A stretch of DNA of 64,000 nt. Source: Candidatus Hodarchaeum mangrovi. GTDB taxonomy: Archaea; Asgardarchaeota; Heimdallarchaeia; Hodarchaeales; Hodarchaeaceae. The notes below the pieces were generated by a model, which was not told where the DNA came from, ran no database searches, and was given only the letters and a program-made list of their open reading frames with translations. Within the stretch, counting starts at the first letter, position 1, and each line of letters begins with the position of its first letter. Location: assembly GCA_016839515.1 (NCBI GenBank), contig JAEOUE010000127.1, forward strand, positions 28,014 through 92,013, in the 5' to 3' direction. This document shows, piece after piece, positions 49,901-59,770 of this stretch. The position numbers and the translations under genes are program-made.

Positions 49901-52842
49901 TCTTTTCGTGTTTTTGGAGTTTCTTGATCCTGAGTTTTTTCATCAGAACTAGTTGGTGGCATCATATAATCAATATCTGTATATTCAGGACCACCATACC
50001 AATATCCACCTCGAATTCCAAGAATATTATAATCCTCATACCACCAGAACCACCAATTTTGCTGGAGATTTTTCCAAGAGACAACAGTCCAAACAGCAGG
50101 CCAATATTCTTCTTGCTCAAAATGTGTAAGTTCACTTTCTGGATCTGCCTCTACACCATATACAGAACTATCTACAAAAGATACTGCAAGTATACTTGTT
50201 ATCGGATTCCCTACAGAGTCTTTCACTGAAATAGTAATTTGAGCAGAGTCCCCAGGCTCATAAATTTGTTTTGAAGAATTTATATCTACAATTAGATTTG
50301 AATCAACCTTCACCTCTATATTAGAGGTTATAAGTAATCCATTTGAACTAACCCCGAATGCATCTACCCAAAATTTCGGAGCAAGTGGACCAAGATCAGA
50401 TATATAAATATTAAATGTCAGAGCTCCATTTAATGAGATGAAATAAGTATTGACAATACCCCGTTTAACAAATTGAATCATTAATGGGGTTGAAAGAGAT
50501 TGACTCAATTCTCCAGTTAAAGTCATTTTATCCCCTAAGGAATAATTTGATTTATCTGTTGTGAGATTTAAACTGTAAATGGAACCTACTGTAAATTCCA
50601 CAGTTTTTACATAACGATAATATTGCCAAAAGCCCCAATATGTATCAAATTTTGTTTCTAGATAAATACGAATGTTGTATTTTCCTGTTGGAGCATATGA
50701 GGATAATTTAATGTTGATTGTTTCTCCACTCTTTGAAATTAACCTTGTTGTCATACCAATTAATTCATAATCTGCATCGTATATCCTGATTTTGACATTT
50801 CCACTAATCGCTCCTTGATCAACTCCATTAATCACTTTAAGAGATAACTCAACAACTTCTCCTGGATCAAAATTATTAGAATTTAATGAAGTGGCCACAA
50901 TATTACGATCAAGTGTGAAATAAATAGTCGTCGTTCCTTTTCGTCCATCTTCAGCATCAACTTCGATTAATCCCACATAACGTGTAAAGAATTTAGTTAT
51001 ACTTTGTGGAATTTGGAAAGTAATTATTCCTTGTCCTGAACTATCAGTACGACCTGTTAAAGTCATCACTGAAGCATTTTGATTGTCTGATAAAATCCCA
51101 AAAAGTATCATTTTAATGGAAGCATCAGCAAGTGGAGTCCAGCTAGCCCAGTAAAAATCATGTGAAGTAAATTGGTAGGCTCCTAGATAAACACTTATGT
51201 TCTCATTAATTCTTGGGAACCAAGGATTAACATAAGCCCATGTATACACCTGGTTGGTAACAATTATCGTTGCAGTTCCTGACACTTTCCTCCCTACTGT
51301 ATCTGTAACAGTAACATTGATAGGAATTGATTCTAATTCAGAACTTAAGGTTTTTGGGAGCGTATACTTAAATTTCCAATATCCTTCTATATCTGTTGTG
51401 CCTTGTAATGTTCCTAAGTTTCCAATTATAAGATTAATTGTTCCACCTGATACGGGACGCCCGAAATAGTACTGAGCAGAAATATTCCCTGTAATAGTCT
51501 GACCTGGAACTACATATTCTTTATCCAGTCCTATTAAAACTCTAAAAGCAGGTTTTTCATATTTATCAACACGAATTTGTAAAGAACCTATTGCATTATC
51601 TTTTTTAGCAATTAAGGTGTATAGTCCTAGTTCACTCTCAACATCAAGCGCAAATGATAGTGTAGTTATACCATATTTATTTGAGGAAACTTTTTTATGG
51701 AGCAAAATATGTTGACTAGGTGAAGTAATCTCAATTTCAAATTCAGTTTCAAGAGGATCTTTAGTAACTTTGTAATAATCATTTTTCCAGATTAAAAATC
51801 TAACTTTAATGGATTCACCAGGGAAATAAATAGGCTTATCTGTAGTTATTACAAACTCATACGGTTGATACTCCCAATAACCATCCCATGTCCACATATA
51901 ACCTCCTCGATAAATATCACGAGAGATGAAAGTTGTTTCCCCTTGATAGCTTGCAGAAAAGTTCAACATCATCCAATAATTCTGAGATAGGAATGTTGAA
52001 GGAACAAATTTAGGTTCTATAATCCCACGAACATCTGTAATCCCAGAAAAAACTTTTTCTTCTACATATTCATACTTTGAAGTGTTTGGATTATAGAAAT
52101 ATCGATTACCTGTTAATTCAACTTCAACACCAGACAGAGGGGAAAAGTCTGCAATGTCTAATATATATGCAACAGAATAATACATTTCTCCTTCAACAAA
52201 CTGGTAAGGAGCTCTCCAGAAGATTCCAATGCTGGAAACAGAAAAAGCACGAGATGTCAAAAATGAATTGGATTGAGAACGAACAACAATTGTAAATCGT
52301 CCAGTCTGAGATGAAATAAAGGTAGAACTCCATATTCCTTGAAGATTGGTCGTAATATAATGTGTTTCAATAATACGTGAGGAATAATCATCATAATTAT
52401 AATAATAAGAATAGTACCAATCCCAATATTCACCTTGAATGATCTCAACAATAAGATTAACTGAAACAGGAGTTGTCCCTTGAGTCGTTTGTAGAAGATA
52501 ATTAACCGGATCATTTGGTGCAACAACTGATTTTTCAAGATCAATGTTAACAATTAATTGATCATTTTCATCATTAACCTTAGTTGTTGGAAGGTAATTT
52601 GATGTATAGTTATTTTCAACAATAGGCCCTAAACGATATACAGATGATTCCTTTGCTAACGAATTTTCATCTATAGGATGGATCTCTGAATCCTCAAAGT
52701 TATAAACTTCATTGGATTCAAATTGATCTTTATGATTTTGATAAATTTCGGATTGTCCAATAATACCAGTTGTTTGAATCAAACTAAGTGACAATAAAGC
52801 CAAAATAATTATCCAATTTAATTTTAATTTCATATTCCTCAC
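46987..52842 (-). CDS. Alpha-2-macroglobulin-family thioester protein, membrane anchored
   Basis: Signal peptide, MG domains (TDKPIY.PGE, YEKPAF), LPDNIGEW, thioester YPYGCTEQ, QHSDGGWGWW, A2M receptor-like domain, C-terminal TM and basic tail. Confidence 0.95.
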   Translation of the reverse strand: MRNMKLKLNWIIILALLSLSLIQTTGIIGQSEIYQNHKDQFESNEVYNFEDSEIHPIDENSLAKESSVYRLGPIVENNYTSNYLPTTKVNDENDQLIVNIDLEKSVVAPNDPVNYLLQTTQGTTPVSVNLIVEIIQGEYWDWYYSYYYNYDDYSSRIIETHYITTNLQGIWSSTFISSQTGRFTIVVRSQSNSFLTSRAFSVSSIGIFWRAPYQFVEGEMYYSVAYILDIADFSPLSGVEVELTGNRYFYNPNTSKYEYVEEKVFSGITDVRGIIEPKFVPSTFLSQNYWMMLNFSASYQGETTFISRDIYRGGYMWTWDGYWEYQPYEFVITTDKPIYFPGESIKVRFLIWKNDYYKVTKDPLETEFEIEITSPSQHILLHKKVSSNKYGITTLSFALDVESELGLYTLIAKKDNAIGSLQIRVDKYEKPAFRVLIGLDKEYVVPGQTITGNISAQYYFGRPVSGGTINLIIGNLGTLQGTTDIEGYWKFKYTLPKTLSSELESIPINVTVTDTVGRKVSGTATIIVTNQVYTWAYVNPWFPRINENISVYLGAYQFTSHDFYWASWTPLADASIKMILFGILSDNQNASVMTLTGRTDSSGQGIITFQIPQSITKFFTRYVGLIEVDAEDGRKGTTTIYFTLDRNIVATSLNSNNFDPGEVVELSLKVINGVDQGAISGNVKIRIYDADYELIGMTTRLISKSGETINIKLSSYAPTGKYNIRIYLETKFDTYWGFWQYYRYVKTVEFTVGSIYSLNLTTDKSNYSLGDKMTLTGELSQSLSTPLMIQFVKRGIVNTYFISLNGALTFNIYISDLGPLAPKFWVDAFGVSSNGLLITSNIEVKVDSNLIVDINSSKQIYEPGDSAQITISVKDSVGNPITSILAVSFVDSSVYGVEADPESELTHFEQEEYWPAVWTVVSWKNLQQNWWFWWYEDYNILGIRGGYWYGGPEYTDIDYMMPPTSSDEKTQDQETPKTRKEIRDNLPENAYWKPQIVLISGQWSETITLPDNIGEWTVRVIATTQSGNGQLAKYTFNTFLPFFVEIDKDPYVLQDDIFVIRGIVYNYLDELLDINLKIEVGEGIIVLSKDRQLLRLPGGFLGSIGWACLANEPGYHNVTISAETTTLDGILHFDAIRKSHEVTPNGVQEIVQQSGFISSSPVFFYSKYEEAISSKEFLQLDLGLGSIALSSWERLIGYPYGCTEQTISRLIPNALILQYLREAGSLTNDTEELINDMILSGISRLYSQQHSDGGWGWWHDDTSRIYMTSIVLYGLGVVNNSDFHLDLTVIKAALEFLKIHQNYDGSWTVDSWRNIDKASYTAFVLRAFVYWDSIADYSTTIENGVSFIQNTWNQGQMQSNYLAGLYLTNIASTGYSTTGFETQLITFLKNNVKISNEGYYWTYATEENYWWRSLGGDVEVTSLALEALVKLDLSASVSIIRGALGWILQYQNWYGWGNTADTSAAISSILSITSSSISSNEDVTVTLVINGNEIQNIDLSIGNQPNYYLRLDDLFQNGNNTIQLLKSGIGNVTYYFQGVQILRKLPIITIPETITAQSGQDVVIPISLIPSSEKIYSVDLKLVPIAGDIVPVPNLPQTISFLAHSTTINFNYNAPSIPGLYFIPGFDISYRLSNQDQEIFSPAIISRRYGPVLLDVKEFTEGVLSLNKGSIPKEIPQVFFSSKTINDTNGLSIERDYSQISSYQKGDMVVVILTIENTQDTQNYLMLEDFLPSGFQVEPTTVQSSQGIFKQTSFGVVFFFPELNKGKTVVQYGIVAYNVRQSLVKPARLSSMYDSWEVLSTPTILGDTRLKLDPTSGDIQKDLQNPTLEDIIISEELKENIPILSISIKAFDNWGISSARVFIKQDKWTVSECNFQNNKWKSIIYSLNEGKSEIYIELIDNSGNVFVSDEITRYLELKDLYIPTFSILILLAISAIIAVSVSLIIQKNKKY

Positions 52843-52900
52843 GCTTTTGGTAAGCTAACTTATAAAAAAATAATTCATTTTGATTTTATTATACCAAGCA

Positions 52901-52928
52901 TTAGAACACTAAATGTTTGATGTTCTAA
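52901..52928. promoter_or_regulatory. Inverted repeat between polB and the A2M gene (operator or hairpin)
   Basis: TTAGAACA-N12-TGTTCTAA. Confidence 0.35.
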
Positions 52929-53047
52929 AAAGTAGAAGAAAGAAGAAATATTGGAAAAGTTCTCTAAGAATTTCATAAGAATTATTCTTTAGATGAAATA
53001 TTAGCTAAAAATCATTTCTAAAAACAATTAAAGAATAAGAATTAATA

Positions 53048-55636
53048 TTACAGGAAATTAGTCAATGGAATTATTAATGCATTACTTTTCACTTCGGCTT
53101 CACTAATATCAATCCCGAATCTATTACTAGCACCTAATATCTCTCTAATATAATGATTTCTATCAATTTTCTCTTTATTCTTTTGAATAAAATCGGGATG
53201 AAAAGCTCGTTGATATTGTGGAACGTTTTCAGAATGTTCAGTAATGATATAGGGGAATCCATCCCATTTTTTATATTCTTCTTCTGGGTCAAGCTTATTA
53301 ATTTCACAATAATGTAAGAAAGCACCAGTAGCTTGTGTAACTGATCTATAGCTCTTGGGTGATCTTTTAACAGGGCCAAGGATCGTTAATTCAGGAATTA
53401 AACGCTCTTGAGGATCATTTAAAATTTTAAAACAAACTTTTAAAATAAGTCGTCTAGCATTAAGTAGTCTTTGATCAGAAAAGTCACGGAGTAGCGTTTC
53501 AAGAAGCAAACGTTGAGTTTTTCGAGCTAAAGGCGACCAATCCGATCTTACAGCCTCAAATCCTCTGATGACAACTTTATTGGTCAATAAAGATAAATAG
53601 GCATAAGCTTTCTTTCTTCCTTTCTTTAAAATAATTCTTAGGGCGATATCCTCTCTTTTAAGCTCTAGAAATTCTGGTAAGCGTGAGGAAAGAAATGTTT
53701 GATAGTCTTTAATCTCAGAATCAAGGAGCTGAATAAATTCCTCTCGATTTGTATTTTCTCGGAACAGAGAGGATAGATCTAGATTATCATCTTCAAATTC
53801 AACAAAAATGGAATCTGTATCACCATATCTAACATAAACCTGATATGGGTGATTTACTGAAAATTCTGCGGTCCAATACTGAAGTTGATCACGTAATAAA
53901 GTTCGAGCTATTGCTGTAATACTATTTGAAATTAGATAATGATAAAACCGGCCACGTGGATAGTTTGCTGCTCCAATTACTGAATTTGCCATTAATTTAA
54001 GAGATCGCTGTTGTTTTTGCTGTAATTGTATCTCTTTCTGATTAAATTTCGTTTTATTATTCTTTAATAAATTTATATTATTAATAAGTTGATATCTTGT
54101 CTTCAAAACACGATCCATTAATTCAGCGAGTGCCCCATAACGAGGAAGCTGTTTGAATCTCTCTATAGGAGATAATTTTTCGCTATTGGGAATTAGGGTT
54201 TCACCAGAAATATTGTGTTGTCTTACAATATTTGGATAAAGCGAAAGAAAGTCGAAAATAGCAACACAAAGAGCTTCATCAACTTCAGGATCTAAGACCC
54301 ACCCTCCTAAATGTGGATGTTTCTTCTTTAGCTCAGTCCTTATTTTTAATTCAGAAGAATCAGGTACATTAGGAATTAACATGTTTCTTGTGTATAAAAT
54401 TCGCATTAATTCAAGTTCTCCAATATTTCGATGTGTTGAAAGAAGACCTTCAGGCAGAGGGTATCCAGAGAGACGACATAACTCTATTAGGTCTGCAATC
54501 CCAAGCTCAGAAGTCAAACGGAAAGTTAGTAATGAATCTGTTAATGAATAATTGTAAAACACCTGGTATTTCTCTTTATCTCCTTTAATTGCCTCTCGCC
54601 ATAATTCCCCCAATCTCATATCTGTTTCAACTTTACTTTCTCCTAAAACATGTTTAGCAATAGAATTTAATGTTTTTTTACCGCTGATGGGATGAATTCC
54701 CCACGTCTTGGGTAAGAGATCTACTAATGCTCTTCCCTTTAAACGATAACTATCAACTGGAATGTTTGATTTTAAAATATCAGCCTGAAGATCATCGAAT
54801 ATAGCGAGCTTGCCAAAATTTAGATTATATTTTTGAAACCGGGCTTTTAAGTATGGTATATCAAAATTTGTCCCATTAAATGATACTATAACGTCAGGAC
54901 GAATTTTTAAAATTTTTTGTTGAAATGTTGTTAATAACTTCAATTCCTCTAAATCTGAATCAGCCTCAAGAATTATTACATAGGTCTGTATGTCAGCTGT
55001 TCCAATATACCCCCAAGCCAGTGAAATAGCAGTTACTCTTCGATTTTTTGCTGCAAATAGCTCTGTTATTGTTTCGCCCTCTTCAGCAACTTCAATATCA
55101 AATGCCATTACAAGAGGTTGATAATTAGATGATATATTTAATTGAGAAATATCGTTGATTGATGCTAGAACGATTATGTCCTCTTTTGTCTCCCTAAGAA
55201 TAGTTCCAGAAGCCATAATAGTGTGAAGGGCTTTTAATCCACGATCTATTAGGAGTCTTTTAGTAAATGGGATATCAGCTTCATAAATAGGAATACCTGA
55301 TTGAAGAAATAGATTTCGTATTTTTGGTACTAAATATGGGACTCTACCTACCACTTTTATAAGGTTCTTTTGTACTCCTCCAAAATATTGCCTTTTTATA
55401 CATTTTTCTAATTTTAAAATCCAATTAGAAGTTATCAGGTTATTTTTCTTTAATATTGATTTGACTTGCTCAATTGCAGCTTCAACGTAAAAATATGGAA
55501 AAAAATCTAGGATACGAACCTCAACTGTGCGTTCTGCCGAACGTCCCCATAAACGAAGGAGAGGAATTTGAATTCCATCTTCTTTGTTCATCTCATAGTC
55601 TAGATCTAAGAGAATAAATTCAATACTCCTTATCAC
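53048..55636 (-). CDS. polB: Family B DNA polymerase with 3'-5' exonuclease
   Basis: FDIE, FNGTNFD, YSLTD, DFLSLYP, KLMANS, YGDTDS, RGFEAVRSDWS. Confidence 0.95.
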   Translation of the reverse strand: MIRSIEFILLDLDYEMNKEDGIQIPLLRLWGRSAERTVEVRILDFFPYFYVEAAIEQVKSILKKNNLITSNWILKLEKCIKRQYFGGVQKNLIKVVGRVPYLVPKIRNLFLQSGIPIYEADIPFTKRLLIDRGLKALHTIMASGTILRETKEDIIVLASINDISQLNISSNYQPLVMAFDIEVAEEGETITELFAAKNRRVTAISLAWGYIGTADIQTYVIILEADSDLEELKLLTTFQQKILKIRPDVIVSFNGTNFDIPYLKARFQKYNLNFGKLAIFDDLQADILKSNIPVDSYRLKGRALVDLLPKTWGIHPISGKKTLNSIAKHVLGESKVETDMRLGELWREAIKGDKEKYQVFYNYSLTDSLLTFRLTSELGIADLIELCRLSGYPLPEGLLSTHRNIGELELMRILYTRNMLIPNVPDSSELKIRTELKKKHPHLGGWVLDPEVDEALCVAIFDFLSLYPNIVRQHNISGETLIPNSEKLSPIERFKQLPRYGALAELMDRVLKTRYQLINNINLLKNNKTKFNQKEIQLQQKQQRSLKLMANSVIGAANYPRGRFYHYLISNSITAIARTLLRDQLQYWTAEFSVNHPYQVYVRYGDTDSIFVEFEDDNLDLSSLFRENTNREEFIQLLDSEIKDYQTFLSSRLPEFLELKREDIALRIILKKGRKKAYAYLSLLTNKVVIRGFEAVRSDWSPLARKTQRLLLETLLRDFSDQRLLNARRLILKVCFKILNDPQERLIPELTILGPVKRSPKSYRSVTQATGAFLHYCEINKLDPEEEYKKWDGFPYIITEHSENVPQYQRAFHPDFIQKNKEKIDRNHYIREILGASNRFGIDISEAEVKSNALIIPLTNFL

Positions 55637-55691
55637 TATCTTTTACACCGATAAATAAGATTGAATAACCAATATCCAAATTAACATTACT

Positions 55692-57644
55692 TTATGCATG
55701 ATATTTTATACTTAAAATATTTATTACCTCGGCAGCATCTTCTGCTGAATCTGCAGCTTGTTCGATCATATTTACTACATCCTTAATAGCAGAAAAAACA
55801 CCAAAATGCATTTGAGTTGCTGAAATATACAGTTGTCGATTCATAGCTTGATACAATAAGTCAAGGTCATGTTCTCTTGCCTGAACTGTGTGATAGATCC
55901 CTTCAACTGCATCTATTTTTATTTCCAAAACTTTCAAAACATCAACTGTTGATCGAACCATTGAACGTAAAGCAATTGCTGCATTATGAAGTTTTTCTTG
56001 AATTAAAGGGGGAATATCATTAATTGATAGCATTTGAATCCGAAATAATGCTCCTAAGGTCAATCCACCAACACGATCAAGTCGACGAGCAATTCGTAGA
56101 AAATTTTCAGAATCAGGTGTCTTATGTAAAGTTTTATAAGTTTCTACAACAATTTCTTGTAATTTACGATCAGCTATAATTTCTAATTCTTTAGCTTTCT
56201 GTGAATAACGAATTAGTCGGTATTGATAATCTTCATCACTTTCAACCAGTTGTTCTAAATATACCAACAAACCATTCGTTGATTGAACTATACATTCTTC
56301 AACTAATTCAGCATGTTCAAGACTAGATCGAAACTGTGACCAACCAGGATGTGTTTCCCGAGCTAGAATAATTATAAAACCACAAATGAATAAAATTACC
56401 CCAGAAACTAATATTGGAATTCTTATTACTATATTCAAGCTTAAACCTTCATCAAACCATAATTGGGCAACAAACCCCGCAAAAATCGGCCCCGTGAAAT
56501 AACCTAAGTCTTTAAAAGATCTATAAAGACCAATTAGTCTGGGTTTATCCACATCAGATGCAATATCTGCAGATATTGTGGGTAAAATAGGGTAATAAAG
56601 CCCAATTGCAAATCCAGCTAATGCAATATTGAATAATAGGAAAATTGAAGGAAAATTAGCTAATGAGAAGATAATTAAAAGGAGAGCTTGAAGAATGAGA
56701 CCAAAAATTACTGGAGTTTTCCGTCCAATCTTATCACTAATCCGACCAGCTAATGGCATTGTAATTGCCCAAAAAAATGTAAAGCTTGCAGTAATCACCC
56801 CTGTTTCTTCAAGTGATAACCCATAGCCATAGTATGAACTATTGAGGATTAATGGCAAGTACAAAACTATAATACTGTCTACCATTTTACTTGTGTGACC
56901 TGTTAATAGCGTTACAAACACAGTTGGTTTTTGAATTAAGGATCCAATACTTCTAGAAGGTTGAAAATCCTCAATAGGAGTTCTAAGCTTTTCAAATTCA
57001 ACTTGAGTACTACTTTTTGTTATTGGTTTGATTGTCAATAATGCAAAACCCACAGCAAGTAGAGAAATTAATGCAGAAAATATGAATGAAGCACCAGTTG
57101 ATCCTGATATCATAGAAATTGTACCAGAGGTTAAAGCACCAAAGGAATATCCACCATATACAGAGAGTTCCATTATTCCAAGCCATTGAGCTCTTCGTGA
57201 TGGTTTGCTAATTTCAGTTAGATAAGTCATTGCAGCAGCATAAAGAATACCCTCACCTGTTCCTAAAAAGGAATTACCGAGGCTAATTATGATAAAACGT
57301 CCTTGGGTTAATAATAAAATAATAGAACCTAAAGCAAAACAGCTAGTACCAAGGATTACTACTTTATTGAGTCCAAGTTTATTTGTAATTTCTCCGGAGA
57401 ATATACCTGCTGTACCCTTAAATAATCCAAAACTTGAAAGAGTAAACGCAATGCTAATCCAACCCCATCCAGTGAACCATTCGGCAACAGGAAGAGTTTG
57501 TTTCGTAAACGCGGAGAGAATTGTGCGTTGGACACCATAAGCAGAAGCAATAAAGAACACAATCATCAAAAGAAGGATTATAAGAAAATTACCAAAGGAA
57601 TTCATCCCTTTTTCTTGATCATTTCCAATTTGTAACTCGTTCAA
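55692..57644 (-). CDS. MFS transporter fused to a C-terminal DUF47/PhoU-like helical domain
   Basis: About 12 TMs with GRISDKIGRK; tail with KELEIIAD, REHDLD, EQAADSAEDAAE. Confidence 0.85.
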   Translation of the reverse strand: MNELQIGNDQEKGMNSFGNFLIILLLMIVFFIASAYGVQRTILSAFTKQTLPVAEWFTGWGWISIAFTLSSFGLFKGTAGIFSGEITNKLGLNKVVILGTSCFALGSIILLLTQGRFIIISLGNSFLGTGEGILYAAAMTYLTEISKPSRRAQWLGIMELSVYGGYSFGALTSGTISMISGSTGASFIFSALISLLAVGFALLTIKPITKSSTQVEFEKLRTPIEDFQPSRSIGSLIQKPTVFVTLLTGHTSKMVDSIIVLYLPLILNSSYYGYGLSLEETGVITASFTFFWAITMPLAGRISDKIGRKTPVIFGLILQALLLIIFSLANFPSIFLLFNIALAGFAIGLYYPILPTISADIASDVDKPRLIGLYRSFKDLGYFTGPIFAGFVAQLWFDEGLSLNIVIRIPILVSGVILFICGFIIILARETHPGWSQFRSSLEHAELVEECIVQSTNGLLVYLEQLVESDEDYQYRLIRYSQKAKELEIIADRKLQEIVVETYKTLHKTPDSENFLRIARRLDRVGGLTLGALFRIQMLSINDIPPLIQEKLHNAAIALRSMVRSTVDVLKVLEIKIDAVEGIYHTVQAREHDLDLLYQAMNRQLYISATQMHFGVFSAIKDVVNMIEQAADSAEDAAEVINILSIKYHA

Positions 57645-58050
57645 ATATAACCCTCTAAATAATTATTCTTTTAATCTTTTTAATCCAGTAATACTTATAT
57701 GAACCAATTTAGCAACTTAAAGTGTTATATTTAACTTTTATTAATAGAATTACATATCCCAATTTGAATTGACCCATAGTCACCGTGCATCCAAGCATCA
57801 AGGCTAATTTTTCAATTATCTCTAAGTATAACATCTCTAATAATTTCAATGGAATTTCTAACAAACAATTTTTTGTTTATTTTTGGAAAATTGACTTCAA
57901 ATTGATGAAGAACCATTCTACATCGATAGAGGAAGATTAACAAAGTAAATAATCAATATTATGCTATAAACTAGATTGATAAAAAAAATATTAGATTTGA
58001 ATGATAAAGGAATATCTTGCAAAAAATCGAAGGAAAGGAAAAAAATTAGC

Positions 58051-59058
58051 TTAAGAAACCGTTTCCTTTCCAGAAATATATTTTTTCCGTGAAACAAGGT
58101 CTAAAATACGAACTATAAAGAATGTACCTACAATTCCTACTCCAATACCAAACATAAGTAAGATAGTAAAAATAAATCCGATTCCGAGAGGACCTTGAAG
58201 TTGATCACCAGCTTCAGTTATTAATACAAAGATTCCTGCAAAGAATACCCAGACTCCTAGACCAAGAGTCATTGAAAGAACCTTTTTGTGAAAACCTAAA
58301 TTTCTTGCATTTAAACGCTCATGTCCAATAATTAGACCACCTAAAAGGTCATTAAATCGGTTGTAGATTTGATTTAATGCATTATACAATTGACGTGGAA
58401 TTTTAATGAGATATTTGATGAAATTCAATGCTTTAGAGAAAATTGTTCCTAATACCCCAGTTTCTGAAATAATTATCCAAATTATTGCTAACATAAATCC
58501 AATAATACCTATTCCAATGAAAAGCATCAAAGGATCATCAAAAATCTGTTTTATGAACCAGGAAATTCCTGCAAATATTACATCGAAAAATAAATCAAGA
58601 AGTCCAAATCTGTCTAATATTACGTTTCCTTGAGCATCCCTTGCGTCAATTCCTATAATCCAAAGAATGATCTCTAAGAAAAATCCTAGAATATCTCCAA
58701 TAAGTGCAATTATTGAGGTTAATTCAATATTATCGAAAAAAGATCTGATTCCCTCCTGATCGGATAGGAAAACTAGAATTCCAAATAATATTCCACCAAA
58801 AAACCCAGAAAGGATGAAAAATCCTGGAATAGTTTCCATAAAATTTCGTTCATCAAGTTCAAGAGCTAAACTAGGATCTTTCTTACTTCTTATAAATCGG
58901 ATACTACGTCCGAACATACGAAAGATCCATACATACGGATAGAAGATAACCTTAAAGATAAAAGTAATTAGTGACCAAATTCCACCGAATATAGCAGAAA
59001 TATCCTCTTTTCCGAACCCATCACTAAGATCAAAGCGATTGCGTTTATCTGTTGACAA
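58051..59058 (-). CDS. Multi-pass membrane protein, unknown function
   Basis: 335-aa hydrophobic ORF; GAGGT RBS before a TTG start. Confidence 0.75.
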   Translation of the reverse strand: MSTDKRNRFDLSDGFGKEDISAIFGGIWSLITFIFKVIFYPYVWIFRMFGRSIRFIRSKKDPSLALELDERNFMETIPGFFILSGFFGGILFGILVFLSDQEGIRSFFDNIELTSIIALIGDILGFFLEIILWIIGIDARDAQGNVILDRFGLLDLFFDVIFAGISWFIKQIFDDPLMLFIGIGIIGFMLAIIWIIISETGVLGTIFSKALNFIKYLIKIPRQLYNALNQIYNRFNDLLGGLIIGHERLNARNLGFHKKVLSMTLGLGVWVFFAGIFVLITEAGDQLQGPLGIGFIFTILLMFGIGVGIVGTFFIVRILDLVSRKKYISGKETVS

Positions 59059-59770
59059 TTAAATACCTCTCTTTTTTTTTTCTTAATTGACTGTTTATTA
59101 AATTTTTAATTAAAATTATGGATAAGATATACTCTTAGAGAACTCATATTCGATTTTAAATATTTTTTTATTCTGAAAAGATGTTAAGAATACCAGAAAG
59201 AGATAGCACCTTGGATAGAAATTTACTAAGATTTAATCTTTTAATTATTGCTTTAATTATTATTTTTTATTTATTCAAGGTAATAATATTCTATTAATAT
59301 CTTTTTTTTGAATAAGAACTTCCCCTTAAAATTAACTAAAAAAATAGTTCTAAAAAATTATATTAATTACTCCTAACTCTATAAAAATGGTCTGAATGAA
59401 TAAAAGATTGATTTTATTGGGGTTTAAGTAGAAGAACTTTTTCACATTTTTATCGCTGCTCTTCGCTTTATATTCATTAACATATTCTCAAAATCTCTAA
59501 TTTAAGACTTTTAAACGCGCCTCTTAAACTTCAGCAAGACCTATTTTGTCGGGATTTACTGCCAAAATTATACTTTAAAGACAATTTTCAATCAAAAGGA
59601 TATGTTTATAAAATAACTGAAGAATGTGCTACTTGCAATAAGGCTCTAGGAACTTCTCAGATATTATTTCGTTAAATTGACCGAAACGATATCTGAAGTT
59701 TATTTAAATAAATAAGCATATTTCAGAATTTTAAACAGCCTAATAAAAATATCAAATAAGTGAGAAAAAA

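Noticed and set aside
57645-58050. Minus-strand frame of about 60 codons interrupted by one TGA (possible selenoprotein or pseudogene)
   Set aside because: No redox motif, RBS, recognisable homology or SECIS-like hairpin seen.
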